A stretch of 64,000 nucleotides of DNA from Candidatus Nitrospinota bacterium M3_3B_026 (lineage in GTDB: Bacteria > Nitrospinota_A > UBA7883 > JBPRGF01): contig JBPRGF010000024.1 of the NCBI GenBank assembly GCA_051418015.1, positions 1 to 64,000 on the forward strand, in the 5' to 3' direction. The notes below the pieces were generated by a model. The model saw only the letters and a program-made list of their open reading frames with translations. It made no database searches and was not told the DNA's origin. Position numbers and translations under genes: made by a program. This document shows, piece after piece, positions 17,063 through 26,854 of this stretch. Numbering within the stretch: position 1 is the stretch's first letter; every line of letters begins with the position of its first letter.

Positions 17063-18295
17063 GTGATTAACCGTGGCTTTGTCGCTTCATCGCTGATAGC
17101 CGCCCTGTTCTTTTTGCCCGGCCTTTCCCCGGCGGAGCCTTCGGCGGCCATGTTCGTCTCCCACTACGACAGGCTGGAGCGCGCCATTGGGGACAGCGCG
17201 CAGGAAATGGAAAACCAGGAGAAGGCGCCGTCCGCCGGGGACGCCATGGAGCCCGCGGGCGGCGGGTTCGAGTTTTTTGGCGGGGTGACGGCCATAATCC
17301 AGGGGACCGAGGGCGCGGCGTCAGACGAGACGCGTGACCAGACAGACGCGTCCATGACGGCCGATCTGGAGATGGTCTTCAACCAAGGCGGCCGCTATTT
17401 TCTCGTCATGGCGATGGAGTCCGGCTTCGGCGAGGGGGTCAACGACAACTTCCCCACCGACATCACCCCGAACTACGACGTCTACGAGACCAGCTTTCAC
17501 CCCCACCAGCGCCAGGCCGACGTCACCTTGTCCCAGGCGTACATCGAGGGTCTTTTTCTCGGCGCCAGGCTGGTTTTGAACGTTGGCAAGATGGACGTTC
17601 ATCATCTTTACGACACCAACGTGTTCGCCTCCGACGAGACGGCAAGCTTCATGGCCGGGGCCCTGGTGCGCGCCGCGGGGGTGGTCAGCCACGAGCTGGA
17701 GGCCTACTACAGCCCCGCCGTGAGGGTCTATTTCGCCCCCGCCTCGTGGCTTGAGCTGGACGCCATATACGCCCATCACGACATGGAGGACCTGGCCAGG
17801 GACAACTTTTTTGTTTTCCAGGCCACCCTCAAGCCGGGGATCGCCGGTCTCGAGGGGAACTGGCGCGCCTACGCGGCCCATGACGGGCGGGACTACGACA
17901 GCATCGACAACGGAATGAGAACGGACCTGATCCTCGGCGCAAGCGTCGACCAGTACATATCCGAGAACATCGGTCTTTTTTTCCGCTGGTCCGCGCGCGA
18001 TGAGGAGATAGCCGACGCCCGCGTGGTCTCCATGATCTCAGGCGGCGTGGTGGTCTCCGGCGGCATGTGGGGCAGGGCGGACGACGCCTTCGGGGCCGGC
18101 TACGCCGAGCTTTCGCTTAACGAAAAGCTGGACCTGCCTTACGAAGGCGGACAGAGCGTCTGGGAGATATACTACAACGCCAGGGTCAACGGGATGATCT
18201 CCATCACGCCCGACGTTCAGCTGCATGACAACCTGCCCAGGGAGACCGACAGGAGCGTCACCGTCTACGGCGTCAGGGCGCAGGTCGATTTCTAG
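17063..18295 (+). CDS. OprB-like (carbohydrate-selective) outer membrane porin
   Basis: Signal peptide, GKMD..NVFASDETASF, EIYYN..ITPDVQ, C-terminal Phe; GTG at 17063 after AAGGAGG. Confidence 0.85.
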   Translation: MINRGFVASSLIAALFFLPGLSPAEPSAAMFVSHYDRLERAIGDSAQEMENQEKAPSAGDAMEPAGGGFEFFGGVTAIIQGTEGAASDETRDQTDASMTADLEMVFNQGGRYFLVMAMESGFGEGVNDNFPTDITPNYDVYETSFHPHQRQADVTLSQAYIEGLFLGARLVLNVGKMDVHHLYDTNVFASDETASFMAGALVRAAGVVSHELEAYYSPAVRVYFAPASWLELDAIYAHHDMEDLARDNFFVFQATLKPGIAGLEGNWRAYAAHDGRDYDSIDNGMRTDLILGASVDQYISENIGLFFRWSARDEEIADARVVSMISGGVVVSGGMWGRADDAFGAGYAELSLNEKLDLPYEGGQSVWEIYYNARVNGMISITPDVQLHDNLPRETDRSVTVYGVRAQVDF

Positions 18296-18308
18296 ATCGA
18301 GGGAGGCC

Positions 18309-19355
18309 ATGGGCCGCGTTGATCTGAAAGGGCTGACATACGCCGAGACGGTGGATTTTTTCGCGTCCATCGGCGAAAGGCCCTGGCGCGCGGACCAGGT
18401 ACGCTCCTGGATGTTCGAAAAGGGCGCCGCAAGCTTCGCCGAGATGACGGACCTTTCAAAAGGGCTCCGGGCACGGCTTGAGAAGGAGGCGCGGCTGACG
18501 GCGCTCGCGGAGGCGGGGCGAGTGGTCTCGTCGGACGGGACGATGAAGTTCCTGTTCCGGCTGGAAGACGGGCATACCGTGGAAAGCGTCTGGATCCCCG
18601 AAAAGCGGCGGGCGACGCTGTGCGTCTCCACACAGGTCGGGTGCAAGCTGGGATGCGCCTTCTGCCTCACCGGCTCCGGGGGGTTCGTCCGGGACCTTTC
18701 CGCGGTGGAGATAGTCGACCAGCTCGTCCAGGCGCGAAGGCTCGTTCCCGGCGGGCGGATAACCAACGTCGTCCTCATGGGGATGGGCGAGCCGCTGGAC
18801 AACTACGATAACGTCCTTGCGGCTTTGAAGGTGATGACCGAGCCGGAACGCGGGCTCGCCGGCGCGCGCAGGGTGACCCTTTCAACGGCCGGGATCACTC
18901 CGGGGATATTGAAGCTCGCCGGGGATTATCCGAAAATAAAGCTCGCCATATCGCTCAACGCGCCTGATGACGCGGTCAGGAACGAGCTTATGCCCATAAA
19001 CAGGAAGTACCCCCTGGCCGCCCTGATGGGCGCCTTGCGCAAGTGGCCCCTGCCGAAAGGTAAAAACATCACCTTCGAATACGTCCTCCTGGCCGGAGTG
19101 AACGACTCCGCCGATGACGCCCGGGCGCTTCACAGACTCCTTGGCCGCCTGCCAGCCACCGTGAACCTGATTCCATACAACCCCTGCCCCGGCCTCCCCT
19201 TCGAGCGCCCGGACGACGAGGCCGTGGAGCTTTTCTGGAGGACGCTGAAAGAGCTCGGGCGGGACGTCACCATAAGGAAGAGCAGGGGAGGGGACATCCT
19301 CGCCGCCTGCGGCCAGCTCCGGGAGCGCGCCGGGGAAGAGGAGCCGCTCCCGTGA
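18309..19355 (+). CDS. rlmN: 23S rRNA m2A2503 / tRNA radical SAM methyltransferase
   Basis: CVSTQVGCKLGCAFC, MGMGEPL, DILAACGQL. Confidence 0.97.
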   Translation: MGRVDLKGLTYAETVDFFASIGERPWRADQVRSWMFEKGAASFAEMTDLSKGLRARLEKEARLTALAEAGRVVSSDGTMKFLFRLEDGHTVESVWIPEKRRATLCVSTQVGCKLGCAFCLTGSGGFVRDLSAVEIVDQLVQARRLVPGGRITNVVLMGMGEPLDNYDNVLAALKVMTEPERGLAGARRVTLSTAGITPGILKLAGDYPKIKLAISLNAPDDAVRNELMPINRKYPLAALMGALRKWPLPKGKNITFEYVLLAGVNDSADDARALHRLLGRLPATVNLIPYNPCPGLPFERPDDEAVELFWRTLKELGRDVTIRKSRGGDILAACGQLRERAGEEEPLP

Positions 19356-19370
19356 GACAGCGGCGCTCGG

Positions 19371-19706
19371 TTACTTCTCCAGGTGTTTCTTTATGACGCC
19401 GAGGTTCTTTTCGGACAGGTTCAGGAATTTTATTCCCATCTCGATCTTCCCCTCCTGCGTCCTGCGCAGGTGTGTGACTTCCCCTTCAACCCTGATGATG
19501 TCCTCCTCCAGCGCCACGCTCAGGACCACCTTGGACAGAAAGGGCAGCGGCTGGTCAACCTCCAGCAGTATACCCCCCTCGGACACGTTGAGAGTCCGTC
19601 CAATGCGCGACTCGGCCAGCTCGCCCGTCACGTTGTACTGCTCCACGGCGGTCAGCAGTATTCTCTCCACCCTCGGATGCTCTCTGCCGCGAGTCTGATC
19701 GTTCAT
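19371..19706 (-). CDS. PilZ-domain protein
   Basis: REHPR (RxxxR) and NVSEGG (D/NxSxxG). Confidence 0.88.
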   Translation of the reverse strand: MNDQTRGREHPRVERILLTAVEQYNVTGELAESRIGRTLNVSEGGILLEVDQPLPFLSKVVLSVALEEDIIRVEGEVTHLRRTQEGKIEMGIKFLNLSEKNLGVIKKHLEK

Positions 19707-19728
19707 CTCGATTCTCCCAGTGAATAGA

Positions 19729-21540
19729 CTATCTTTCCATCCGCGCCCCGGCGCCGTTTCCCCGTTCCGGCCTCCGCAGCGGAAGCGACACGTGGAAGGT
19801 GGACCCCCTGCCCGGACGGCTGGAGACGCCGATGGACCCGCCGTGCATCTCCACCAGGCTCTTGCATATCGTAAGCCCCAGCCCCGAGCCGGGCTCTATG
19901 CCCTGCTGGCTTCTTTTCGCCTGTTCGAACTTGTCGAACACGAAGTCCTGCTCCTCCTCCGGTATCCCCGGCCCCGTGTCCGTCACCATTATGACCACGC
20001 GGCCGTCCTCTTCACGCTTGGTGACGCCGATTCTACCACCTTTTGGCGTGAACTTTATTGCGTTGCCGAGCAGGTTGTTCATCACCTGCAGAAGCTTCGC
20101 CCCGTCGCCCTCCATCTGTGTTTTGCCGCCGATATTCAGGGATATCTCCTGCCCCTTCTCCTTCGCGGAAAGCTCCATGGTCTTCACGCTTTCCATTATC
20201 AGGTCGTCGATCACCAGCGGGTCATAGGCCAGAGATACCCGTCCCGCCTCCAGCTTGGAGACGTCGAGGATGTCGTTGACAAGCTGCATGAGCCTGTTGC
20301 AGGAGCGCAGCATCACACCCGTCTCGCGTTCGAACCTTTCGCCTTCCGGGACGGAGCGGATCATCTTCACGAACCCCCTGATGACATTGAGTGGGGAACG
20401 GATGTCGTGCGACACCACCGCCACGAACTCGTCCATCCGGCGGTTGAGCTCCTGCAGGGCCCTGTTTTTCTTTTCCAGCTCCGAGGCGTATTTCGCCTTC
20501 TCCTCGGCCCTTGCCCATTGCCTGTGGGCCCTGGTGACAAGGGAGCCTCCGACGACCAGGACGGCCACCATGACGGAGAACAGGATGATCGACTGGTTGA
20601 AGCTCCTGTTCAGAAGCCGGGTCGCCTCCGTCTGCGGCGCCGCCACGGCCAGAGCCCACGTCTGGCCCAGGGCGTCTATCCTCGCCGTTGCGACGCTCCA
20701 TTTGTTCTTTCCGATGGCGAGGCTGATGTCCGCGTCGCCGCCGCCTTCGCCTCGCCGCCAGCCGAGGACGTCCCCGCCCTCCAGCGTCCGCCCGAAGTCC
20801 TCGTGGAGCCGCTCCGGCCCGCCGGTGGCGCCGTAAAGGCGCTTCGAAAAGCTCTCGATGACGCCGCCGTCCCCCAGGATCGCGCCTCCCGGGGTGTAGA
20901 GCCAGGCGAAGCCCGCGTCTCCCACGCGGACGGGCGCGATGAGGTTGTTCACGAGGTCCTCGACGTCTATGAGCGCCATTATCATGCCGGACTTGTATAT
21001 GTAGCTGCCGCCGCCGGCGTCCTCCTTCGAGGGGGCCTTGCGGAATATGGGCATCCCGACGGCGATCCCTTTGTAGTCGCCCGCGCTGAAAGGCCTGCTG
21101 GATATCCGCGCGTGCCAGCCGGCCATGGTCTCTTCGAAAAACTCCTTTATCTGCGGCAGCATCTTGAAATGATCCGGCCCCTTGGTGACGGCCACTTTCA
21201 CCTCGCCGGAGTCCCCGAGCAGTATCATGTGGGAGACGCGCTCATCGAGCTCCGATATCACGCCGCCGAAGGCCAGCTCCACCTCGTCGAGCTGGTATCG
21301 CTTTACGACGTCTATCTGGGTCAGGGGAATGATCCTGCTTATTATCCCCTCCAGAAAAAGCTGGACGGACTTGGCCGAGGAGTCCGCGAGGAACTCGAGG
21401 TTCCTGTTGAAGGCCCGCTCGCTCTCCGCCACGGCGGCCCTGTTCAGGTTCACCCCTATCATGGCCACGATGACCAGCGCGAGGATCACCCACAGCCAGA
21501 TGAGCATGATGTTGAGCTTCACTTCGCGCGCGAGCGGCAT
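19729..21540 (-). CDS. Membrane sensor histidine kinase (periplasmic Cache-like domain, HisKA, HATPase)
   Basis: Two TM segments, SHDIRSPL, NLLGNAIKF, DTGPGI, GSGLGL. Confidence 0.93.
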   Translation of the reverse strand: MPLAREVKLNIMLIWLWVILALVIVAMIGVNLNRAAVAESERAFNRNLEFLADSSAKSVQLFLEGIISRIIPLTQIDVVKRYQLDEVELAFGGVISELDERVSHMILLGDSGEVKVAVTKGPDHFKMLPQIKEFFEETMAGWHARISSRPFSAGDYKGIAVGMPIFRKAPSKEDAGGGSYIYKSGMIMALIDVEDLVNNLIAPVRVGDAGFAWLYTPGGAILGDGGVIESFSKRLYGATGGPERLHEDFGRTLEGGDVLGWRRGEGGGDADISLAIGKNKWSVATARIDALGQTWALAVAAPQTEATRLLNRSFNQSIILFSVMVAVLVVGGSLVTRAHRQWARAEEKAKYASELEKKNRALQELNRRMDEFVAVVSHDIRSPLNVIRGFVKMIRSVPEGERFERETGVMLRSCNRLMQLVNDILDVSKLEAGRVSLAYDPLVIDDLIMESVKTMELSAKEKGQEISLNIGGKTQMEGDGAKLLQVMNNLLGNAIKFTPKGGRIGVTKREEDGRVVIMVTDTGPGIPEEEQDFVFDKFEQAKRSQQGIEPGSGLGLTICKSLVEMHGGSIGVSSRPGRGSTFHVSLPLRRPERGNGAGARMER

Positions 21541-21546
21541 ACCGTC

Positions 21547-22902
21547 CTACGTTCCTCTGCGCCTGCCTGCCGCCGCGGCCCGCGAGCGTCTGCCCGAGGG
21601 GCGGCGGAAGATCAGCCGGACGGGAGTCTTGTCGAACCCCCCGGCCTCCCTGAGCTGATTCGCGATATACCGCCTGTAAGAGAAGTCGATCCCCTCCGGC
21701 GCGCTGGTCATGAAGGTGAACGTCGGCGGGCGGATGGAGGTCTGCGTGGCGTAGTATATCCGCGTCCTCTTTCCTCTGTGGACCGGCGGCGGCTTTTTGG
21801 CCGTTATCCGCTCCAGCATGGAGTTCAGGCGGGCGGTGTTGACGCGCCTCGTGTACTGGCCGTGAACTTCCCTGACCGCATTCCATATCTGCCCCGTCCT
21901 CTGCCCCGTGAGGGCCGAGACGAAGACCACGGGCGCCCAGGAGGCGAACCGGAGCTGATCGCGGACGGCCCGGGCGTACCTCGCCATGGTGTTCTCGTCT
22001 TTCTCCACGAGGTCCCACTTGTTCACGACGATCACGAGCCCTTTGCCCGCCTCCTCGACAAGGCCGGCTATCCTCGCCTCCTGCGCCGTGACCCCTTCCA
22101 CGGCGTCTATGAGCAGCAGGGCCACGTCGGCCCTCTCGATGGCCTTCATCGCCATGATGACCGAGAATTTCTCGAGCTTGTTCGCTATCCTCGCCTTGCG
22201 CCTTATCCCGGCGGTGTCGATCATTATCACCCGCTCGCCGTCGACGGTTATCTCGGAGTCTATCGCGTCCCGTGTCGTGCCGGGGACGTCGCTCACCATC
22301 ATCCTCTCCCGGCCGAGCAGCCTGTTCACGAGGGACGACTTGCCCACGTTCGGCCTGCCCACGACGCAGACGTGAACCGGCCGTTCCTCCTCCTCTTCCA
22401 TGGCCGGCTCCGCGGGAGCGCCCTCCAGGGCTTTCTCCATGACGTCTTCCACGCCAATGGAGTGCTCGGCGCTGACGGCGTGGACGGGGCCGAGGCCGAG
22501 CCTCGTGAACTCCAGCGCGTCGTCGGCGCGGCGGGGGTCGTCGATCTTGTTCACCACGACGATGGTCTTCTTGCCCGCCCTGCGCAAAAGGTCCGCTATC
22601 TCCTCGTCCACGGGCGTCACCCCCTTACGGCCGTCCACCACGAACAGGATCATGTCGGCCTCCTCTATGGCCATAAGGGTCTGCTCCCGCATCAGGGCCG
22701 GGAGCTTTTCGCGCGTCTCCGGCTCCAGCCCGCCGGAGTCTATGACGCCGAACCGCAGTCCGCCCCGCTCCGCCACGGCGACGTGCCTATCGCGGGTGAC
22801 GCCGGGCGAGCCGTCCACTATGGCCGGGCGGCCTCCGGCTATTTTGTTAAAAAAGGTGGACTTGCCTACGTTTGGCCTGCCCACCACGGCTATATAGAAC
22901 AT
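21547..22902 (-). CDS. der: Ribosome biogenesis GTPase Der
   Basis: Two GRPNVGKS G-domains plus KH-like C-terminus. Confidence 0.98.
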   Translation of the reverse strand: MFYIAVVGRPNVGKSTFFNKIAGGRPAIVDGSPGVTRDRHVAVAERGGLRFGVIDSGGLEPETREKLPALMREQTLMAIEEADMILFVVDGRKGVTPVDEEIADLLRRAGKKTIVVVNKIDDPRRADDALEFTRLGLGPVHAVSAEHSIGVEDVMEKALEGAPAEPAMEEEEERPVHVCVVGRPNVGKSSLVNRLLGRERMMVSDVPGTTRDAIDSEITVDGERVIMIDTAGIRRKARIANKLEKFSVIMAMKAIERADVALLLIDAVEGVTAQEARIAGLVEEAGKGLVIVVNKWDLVEKDENTMARYARAVRDQLRFASWAPVVFVSALTGQRTGQIWNAVREVHGQYTRRVNTARLNSMLERITAKKPPPVHRGKRTRIYYATQTSIRPPTFTFMTSAPEGIDFSYRRYIANQLREAGGFDKTPVRLIFRRPSGRRSRAAAAGRRRGT

Positions 22903-23007
22903 TCTTTATCCGCTCCTTGTTTCAATATTATCATTCGAGGCGGCGTGATGTTGAAAAGAGCCGCGGATAAACTATAATTCATAGCTTTAAGCCGAAGGAG
23001 ACCGAAA

Positions 23008-23994
23008 GTGGCCAAAGGCATCCCAGCAGTCAACGACCTCGTCCGCGAGAAGTCGGGGTTCGTCGAGGATCTTTTCTCCGAGGCGGGCAGGGTGATAGTC
23101 GGCCAGAGAAGGATGATGGAGGGGATGCTGCTCGCCCTCCTGCTCGACGGCCATGTCCTCCTGGAGGGCGTGCCGGGGCTCGCCAAGACTCTCGCCATAC
23201 ACACCATGGCCAGCGCGCTGGACCTCGACTTCAGGAGAATACAGTTCACCCCGGACCTGCTCCCGGCCGATCTTACCGGGTCCGAGATATACAACGCCAG
23301 CCAGGCCGCCTTCTCCACCCGCCAGGGGCCGATCTTCGCGAACATAATCCTGGCCGACGAGATCAACCGCGCCCCCGCCAAGGTCCAGAGCGCGCTGCTG
23401 GAGGCGATGCAGGAGCGGCAGGTGACCATCGGGTCGGAGACCTTCCGGCTGCCGGAGCCGTTCATCGTCCTGGCCACCCAGAACCCCATAGAGCACGAGG
23501 GCACCTACCCCCTGCCCGAGGCGCAGGTGGACCGTTTCATGCTCAAGATAAAGGTGGACTACCCCTCGCGGGACGAGGAAAAAGAGATAGTGAAACGCGC
23601 CGCCGCCGGTCCCGTGTCCGAAGTAAAGCCGGTGGCGGGGCCGCGGGAGATAGCCGAGGCCAGGAAGATCATGGCCGAGGTCTACATGGACGAGCGGATA
23701 ATCGACTACATCATAAACATCATCCGGGCCACGCGGCGGCCGGAGGAGTTCGGGTTGGACATCGGGGGGCTGATAGAATACGGCGCGTCTCCCAGGGCGT
23801 CGATATACCTCACCGGCATGGCCAGGGCACACGCCTTCCTGGCTCACAGGGGCTACGTCATCCCGGACGACGTGAAAAGGGCGGCCACGGACGCGTTGCG
23901 TCACAGGATCATCCCCACATACGAGGCGGACGCGGAGAACGTCACAGCCGAGGACATTATCGCGCGGATACTGGATACCGTTGAAGTGCCCTGA
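23008..23994 (+). CDS. moxR: MoxR-family AAA+ ATPase
   Basis: EGVPGLAKT, RIQFTPDLLPAD, DEINRAPAKVQSALLE. Confidence 0.96.
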   Translation: MAKGIPAVNDLVREKSGFVEDLFSEAGRVIVGQRRMMEGMLLALLLDGHVLLEGVPGLAKTLAIHTMASALDLDFRRIQFTPDLLPADLTGSEIYNASQAAFSTRQGPIFANIILADEINRAPAKVQSALLEAMQERQVTIGSETFRLPEPFIVLATQNPIEHEGTYPLPEAQVDRFMLKIKVDYPSRDEEKEIVKRAAAGPVSEVKPVAGPREIAEARKIMAEVYMDERIIDYIINIIRATRRPEEFGLDIGGLIEYGASPRASIYLTGMARAHAFLAHRGYVIPDDVKRAATDALRHRIIPTYEADAENVTAEDIIARILDTVEVP

Positions 23995-24028
23995 CGGCCG
24001 CGCCGGCTCCTTTTGACATGCGGGGGAC

Positions 24029-24955
24029 ATGATGAAAGGACAGGAGCGAGACGAAGCCAAAAACGCCGCCGCGCCGGACGCCCAGTTTCTGAAAAAGGTC
24101 AGAAGCATCGAAATACGCGCCCGGAGAATGGTGGACAGCCTCTTTTCCGGGGAGTATCACTCCGCCTTCAAGGGCAGGGGGATGGAGTACGCCGAGTCCA
24201 GGCCATACCACCCCGGCGACGACATCCGGGCTATGGACTGGAACGTGACCGCCAGGGCGGGCGCTCCCTTCGTGAAAACTTTCCGGGAAGAACGGGAGCT
24301 TACGATCATGCTCCTTTACGACCTTTCCGCGTCTGGGTTTTTCGGGTCCGGAGGCAAACTCAAGTCCGAAACCGCCGCGGAGGTCCTGGCCACGTTGGCC
24401 TTCTCCGCCATCCGCAACAACGACAAGGTGGGTCTGGCCGCCTTCACGGACAGGGTGGAGCTTTACATCCCCCCGAGGAAGGGGCGCAAGAACGTCCTCC
24501 GGCTTATCCGCGAGATACTTTTCCTGGAGCCGCGGGGACGTGGCACGGACATAGCCCTGGCCCTCGACTACCTTGGCGCGGTCATGAAAAAAAGGGCCAT
24601 AGTATTCCTGGTGTCGGACTTTTTGGCGGAAGGGTACGAAAGGCGGCTGAAGAGCGCCGCCCGGGCGTGCGACCTTGTCGCCGTGCGGCTCGCCGACCCT
24701 CGTGAGATGGATCTTCCCGACGCCGGGCGCGTGGCCCTGAGAGACGCCGAGACGGGCCTTGCCGTCACGGTGAACACCTCCTGCGCCGCCTTGAGGGAGG
24801 AGTACAGGAGGGCGGCGCAGGCCGAGGATAAAAGAAGGGCCATGATGTTCACCGCCGCGGGGGTGGACGAGGTGGTTATCCATCCCGACAGGCCGTACAC
24901 CGGCCCGCTCATAAGGTTTTTCAAGGCGCGAGAGCGCCGGGCGGGGCTAAGGTGA
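24029..24955 (+). CDS. DUF58-domain protein
   Basis: FKGRGMEY..RPYHPGDDIRAMDWNVTAR, LVSDF. Confidence 0.93.
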   Translation: MMKGQERDEAKNAAAPDAQFLKKVRSIEIRARRMVDSLFSGEYHSAFKGRGMEYAESRPYHPGDDIRAMDWNVTARAGAPFVKTFREERELTIMLLYDLSASGFFGSGGKLKSETAAEVLATLAFSAIRNNDKVGLAAFTDRVELYIPPRKGRKNVLRLIREILFLEPRGRGTDIALALDYLGAVMKKRAIVFLVSDFLAEGYERRLKSAARACDLVAVRLADPREMDLPDAGRVALRDAETGLAVTVNTSCAALREEYRRAAQAEDKRRAMMFTAAGVDEVVIHPDRPYTGPLIRFFKARERRAGLR

Positions 24956-25884
24956 TTCTCAGGGCCGCCGCGCTCGCCATCTGGTTGATGACCATCCCCG
25001 CCGCTCCCGCGATGGCGGACGGACTGGTGGCGGAGCCTTCGAAAACGCTGATAGCGAAGCCGGTCGATCTCGTCCTGACCGTCGATCTGCGGCGGGGGGA
25101 GACCGCGCGCGCGCCGGAGAAGATAGCGCTGCCCGAGGGCGTGGAACTTGAGCAGGTGAGACAGGAAGGCGGGGAGGCGCGGCGGAGGTTCGTCTACAAA
25201 ATCATCCCCTACAGGCTGGGAAAAATCACCATCCCGAAAGTGGAATATACCGTGCGTTCACAAGACGGCGGAGCCGAACGCCGCGAGACGGCGCCGGTGA
25301 GTTTTGTCGTGGAATCTGTCAGGACAGACCCAACGACGGCGGACAAGCTGAAGGATATTCGCCCCCAGGCGAAAGCCGGGCTCAGCTTTAGCTCCTATCT
25401 TTTCCCCTTGCTCGCCGGCGCCGCGGCCGTAGCGGCGATATACCTGTTCTGGAGATGGTATTCGAGGCGGCCGGAGGTGGAATCCGCGAACGCGCCCGAG
25501 CCTCCGCCACCCCCGTGCGATGCGGCGCTCGCGGCGATTTCAAGGCTCAAAAGTGACGATCCCCTCGGCGCGGGACGGTTCCAGGAACATTTTTCCAGGC
25601 TGTCGAGGATCGTCCGCGAGTACGTCGAGAGGCGATACGGGGTCATGGCGCTGGAGCGCACCACGGCCGAACTCGAGCGCGAGATCGGCCACGGCGGCGG
25701 CCCCGTGCCCGCCGTGGCAAGGGCCGGGCTTTTCAAGCTCCTGAAAGCCTGCGACATCGTGAAATACGCCAAAAAAGAGCCTTCGAGGCTCCAGGCGGCC
25801 GAAGCCCTGAGGCGCGCCGTGGACTTCGTGGAGATCACGAGGCTGAAAACGGAGCCGGAGAACGGTGGCGATGAGGTTCGCTGA
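24952..25884 (+). CDS. Bat-operon associated exported/membrane protein
   Basis: Signal peptide, Ig-like region, TM, ALERTTAEL...DIVKYAK. Confidence 0.8.
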   Translation: MILRAAALAIWLMTIPAAPAMADGLVAEPSKTLIAKPVDLVLTVDLRRGETARAPEKIALPEGVELEQVRQEGGEARRRFVYKIIPYRLGKITIPKVEYTVRSQDGGAERRETAPVSFVVESVRTDPTTADKLKDIRPQAKAGLSFSSYLFPLLAGAAAVAAIYLFWRWYSRRPEVESANAPEPPPPPCDAALAAISRLKSDDPLGAGRFQEHFSRLSRIVREYVERRYGVMALERTTAELEREIGHGGGPVPAVARAGLFKLLKACDIVKYAKKEPSRLQAAEALRRAVDFVEITRLKTEPENGGDEVR

Positions 25885-26854
25885 TCCTGTTTTCCTGCTG
25901 GGGCTCGCCGTTCTGCCCGTCTGGCTGTACGCGCGTTTCAGGGGCGAAAGGAGGGGCGGCGCCGTTTTCTCCGACACGCGGCTTGTGACGCGGCTCGCGG
26001 CATACAAAAGACCCCGGATCGCGGAGAACCTCCCCTTCGCGCTCCGGTTTCTGGCCGTGACGCTGCTGATCATCGCCCTCGCCAGGCCGCAGACCGGGTA
26101 CGAGGAAAGGGAGGTGATATCAAGGGGGATCGACATAATGCTCACGCTCGATCTCTCCTCGTCCATGAGCGCGTCCGACCTCAAGCCGAACCGGCTGGAG
26201 GCGGCGAAAGGGGTGATCGCGGAGTTCATAAGGGGCCGGACGAACGACAGGATCGGTCTGGTGGTCTTCGCCGCGCAAGGGTACACCCAATGTCCGCTCA
26301 CCCTGGACTATTCCGTCCTCCTGAAATTCCTGGAGCGATCGCGCATCGGCCTTATCGAGGATGGCACGGCCATAGGCATGGCACTGGCCACCGCCGCCAA
26401 CAGGCTCAAAGACTCCGCCGCGGAAAGCAGGATCGCCGTGCTCCTGACCGATGGGGTGAACAACCGCGGAGCCATAGACCCCCTGACAGCCGCCAGGATG
26501 GCCAGGGCCGTTGGTGTTCGGGTTTACACGATCGGCGTGGGCAGGGAGGGTGTTTTCTACCAGACCGTGCACGATCCCGTCTACGGGAAAAGGAGAGTGA
26601 GAGTCCGCACGGAGATAGACGAGACGCTCCTGCGCCGTATCGCCCAGGTTACCGGCGGCAGGTACTACCGCGCCGAGGACGAGAGAGCGCTCATGGACAT
26701 CTACAAGGAGATCGACAAGCTGGAGAAGACCGACATCAAGACGAAGATATACTCCCGGAACACCGACTGGTTCGCGTACCTTCTTGTCCCCGCGCTGATC
26801 CTTCTGGCCGCCGAGGCGCTCCTGCCTGTCACGCCGTGGAGAGTGGCGCCATGA
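25871..26854 (+). CDS. batA: VWA-domain protein BatA-like
   Basis: ALARPQ, MIDAS DLSSSM, GTAIG, LLTDG. Confidence 0.88.
   Translation: MRFADPVFLLGLAVLPVWLYARFRGERRGGAVFSDTRLVTRLAAYKRPRIAENLPFALRFLAVTLLIIALARPQTGYEEREVISRGIDIMLTLDLSSSMSASDLKPNRLEAAKGVIAEFIRGRTNDRIGLVVFAAQGYTQCPLTLDYSVLLKFLERSRIGLIEDGTAIGMALATAANRLKDSAAESRIAVLLTDGVNNRGAIDPLTAARMARAVGVRVYTIGVGREGVFYQTVHDPVYGKRRVRVRTEIDETLLRRIAQVTGGRYYRAEDERALMDIYKEIDKLEKTDIKTKIYSRNTDWFAYLLVPALILLAAEALLPVTPWRVAP

Noticed and set aside
19720..22977. 1085-aa plus-strand ORF
   Set aside because: Antisense shadow of the histidine kinase and der
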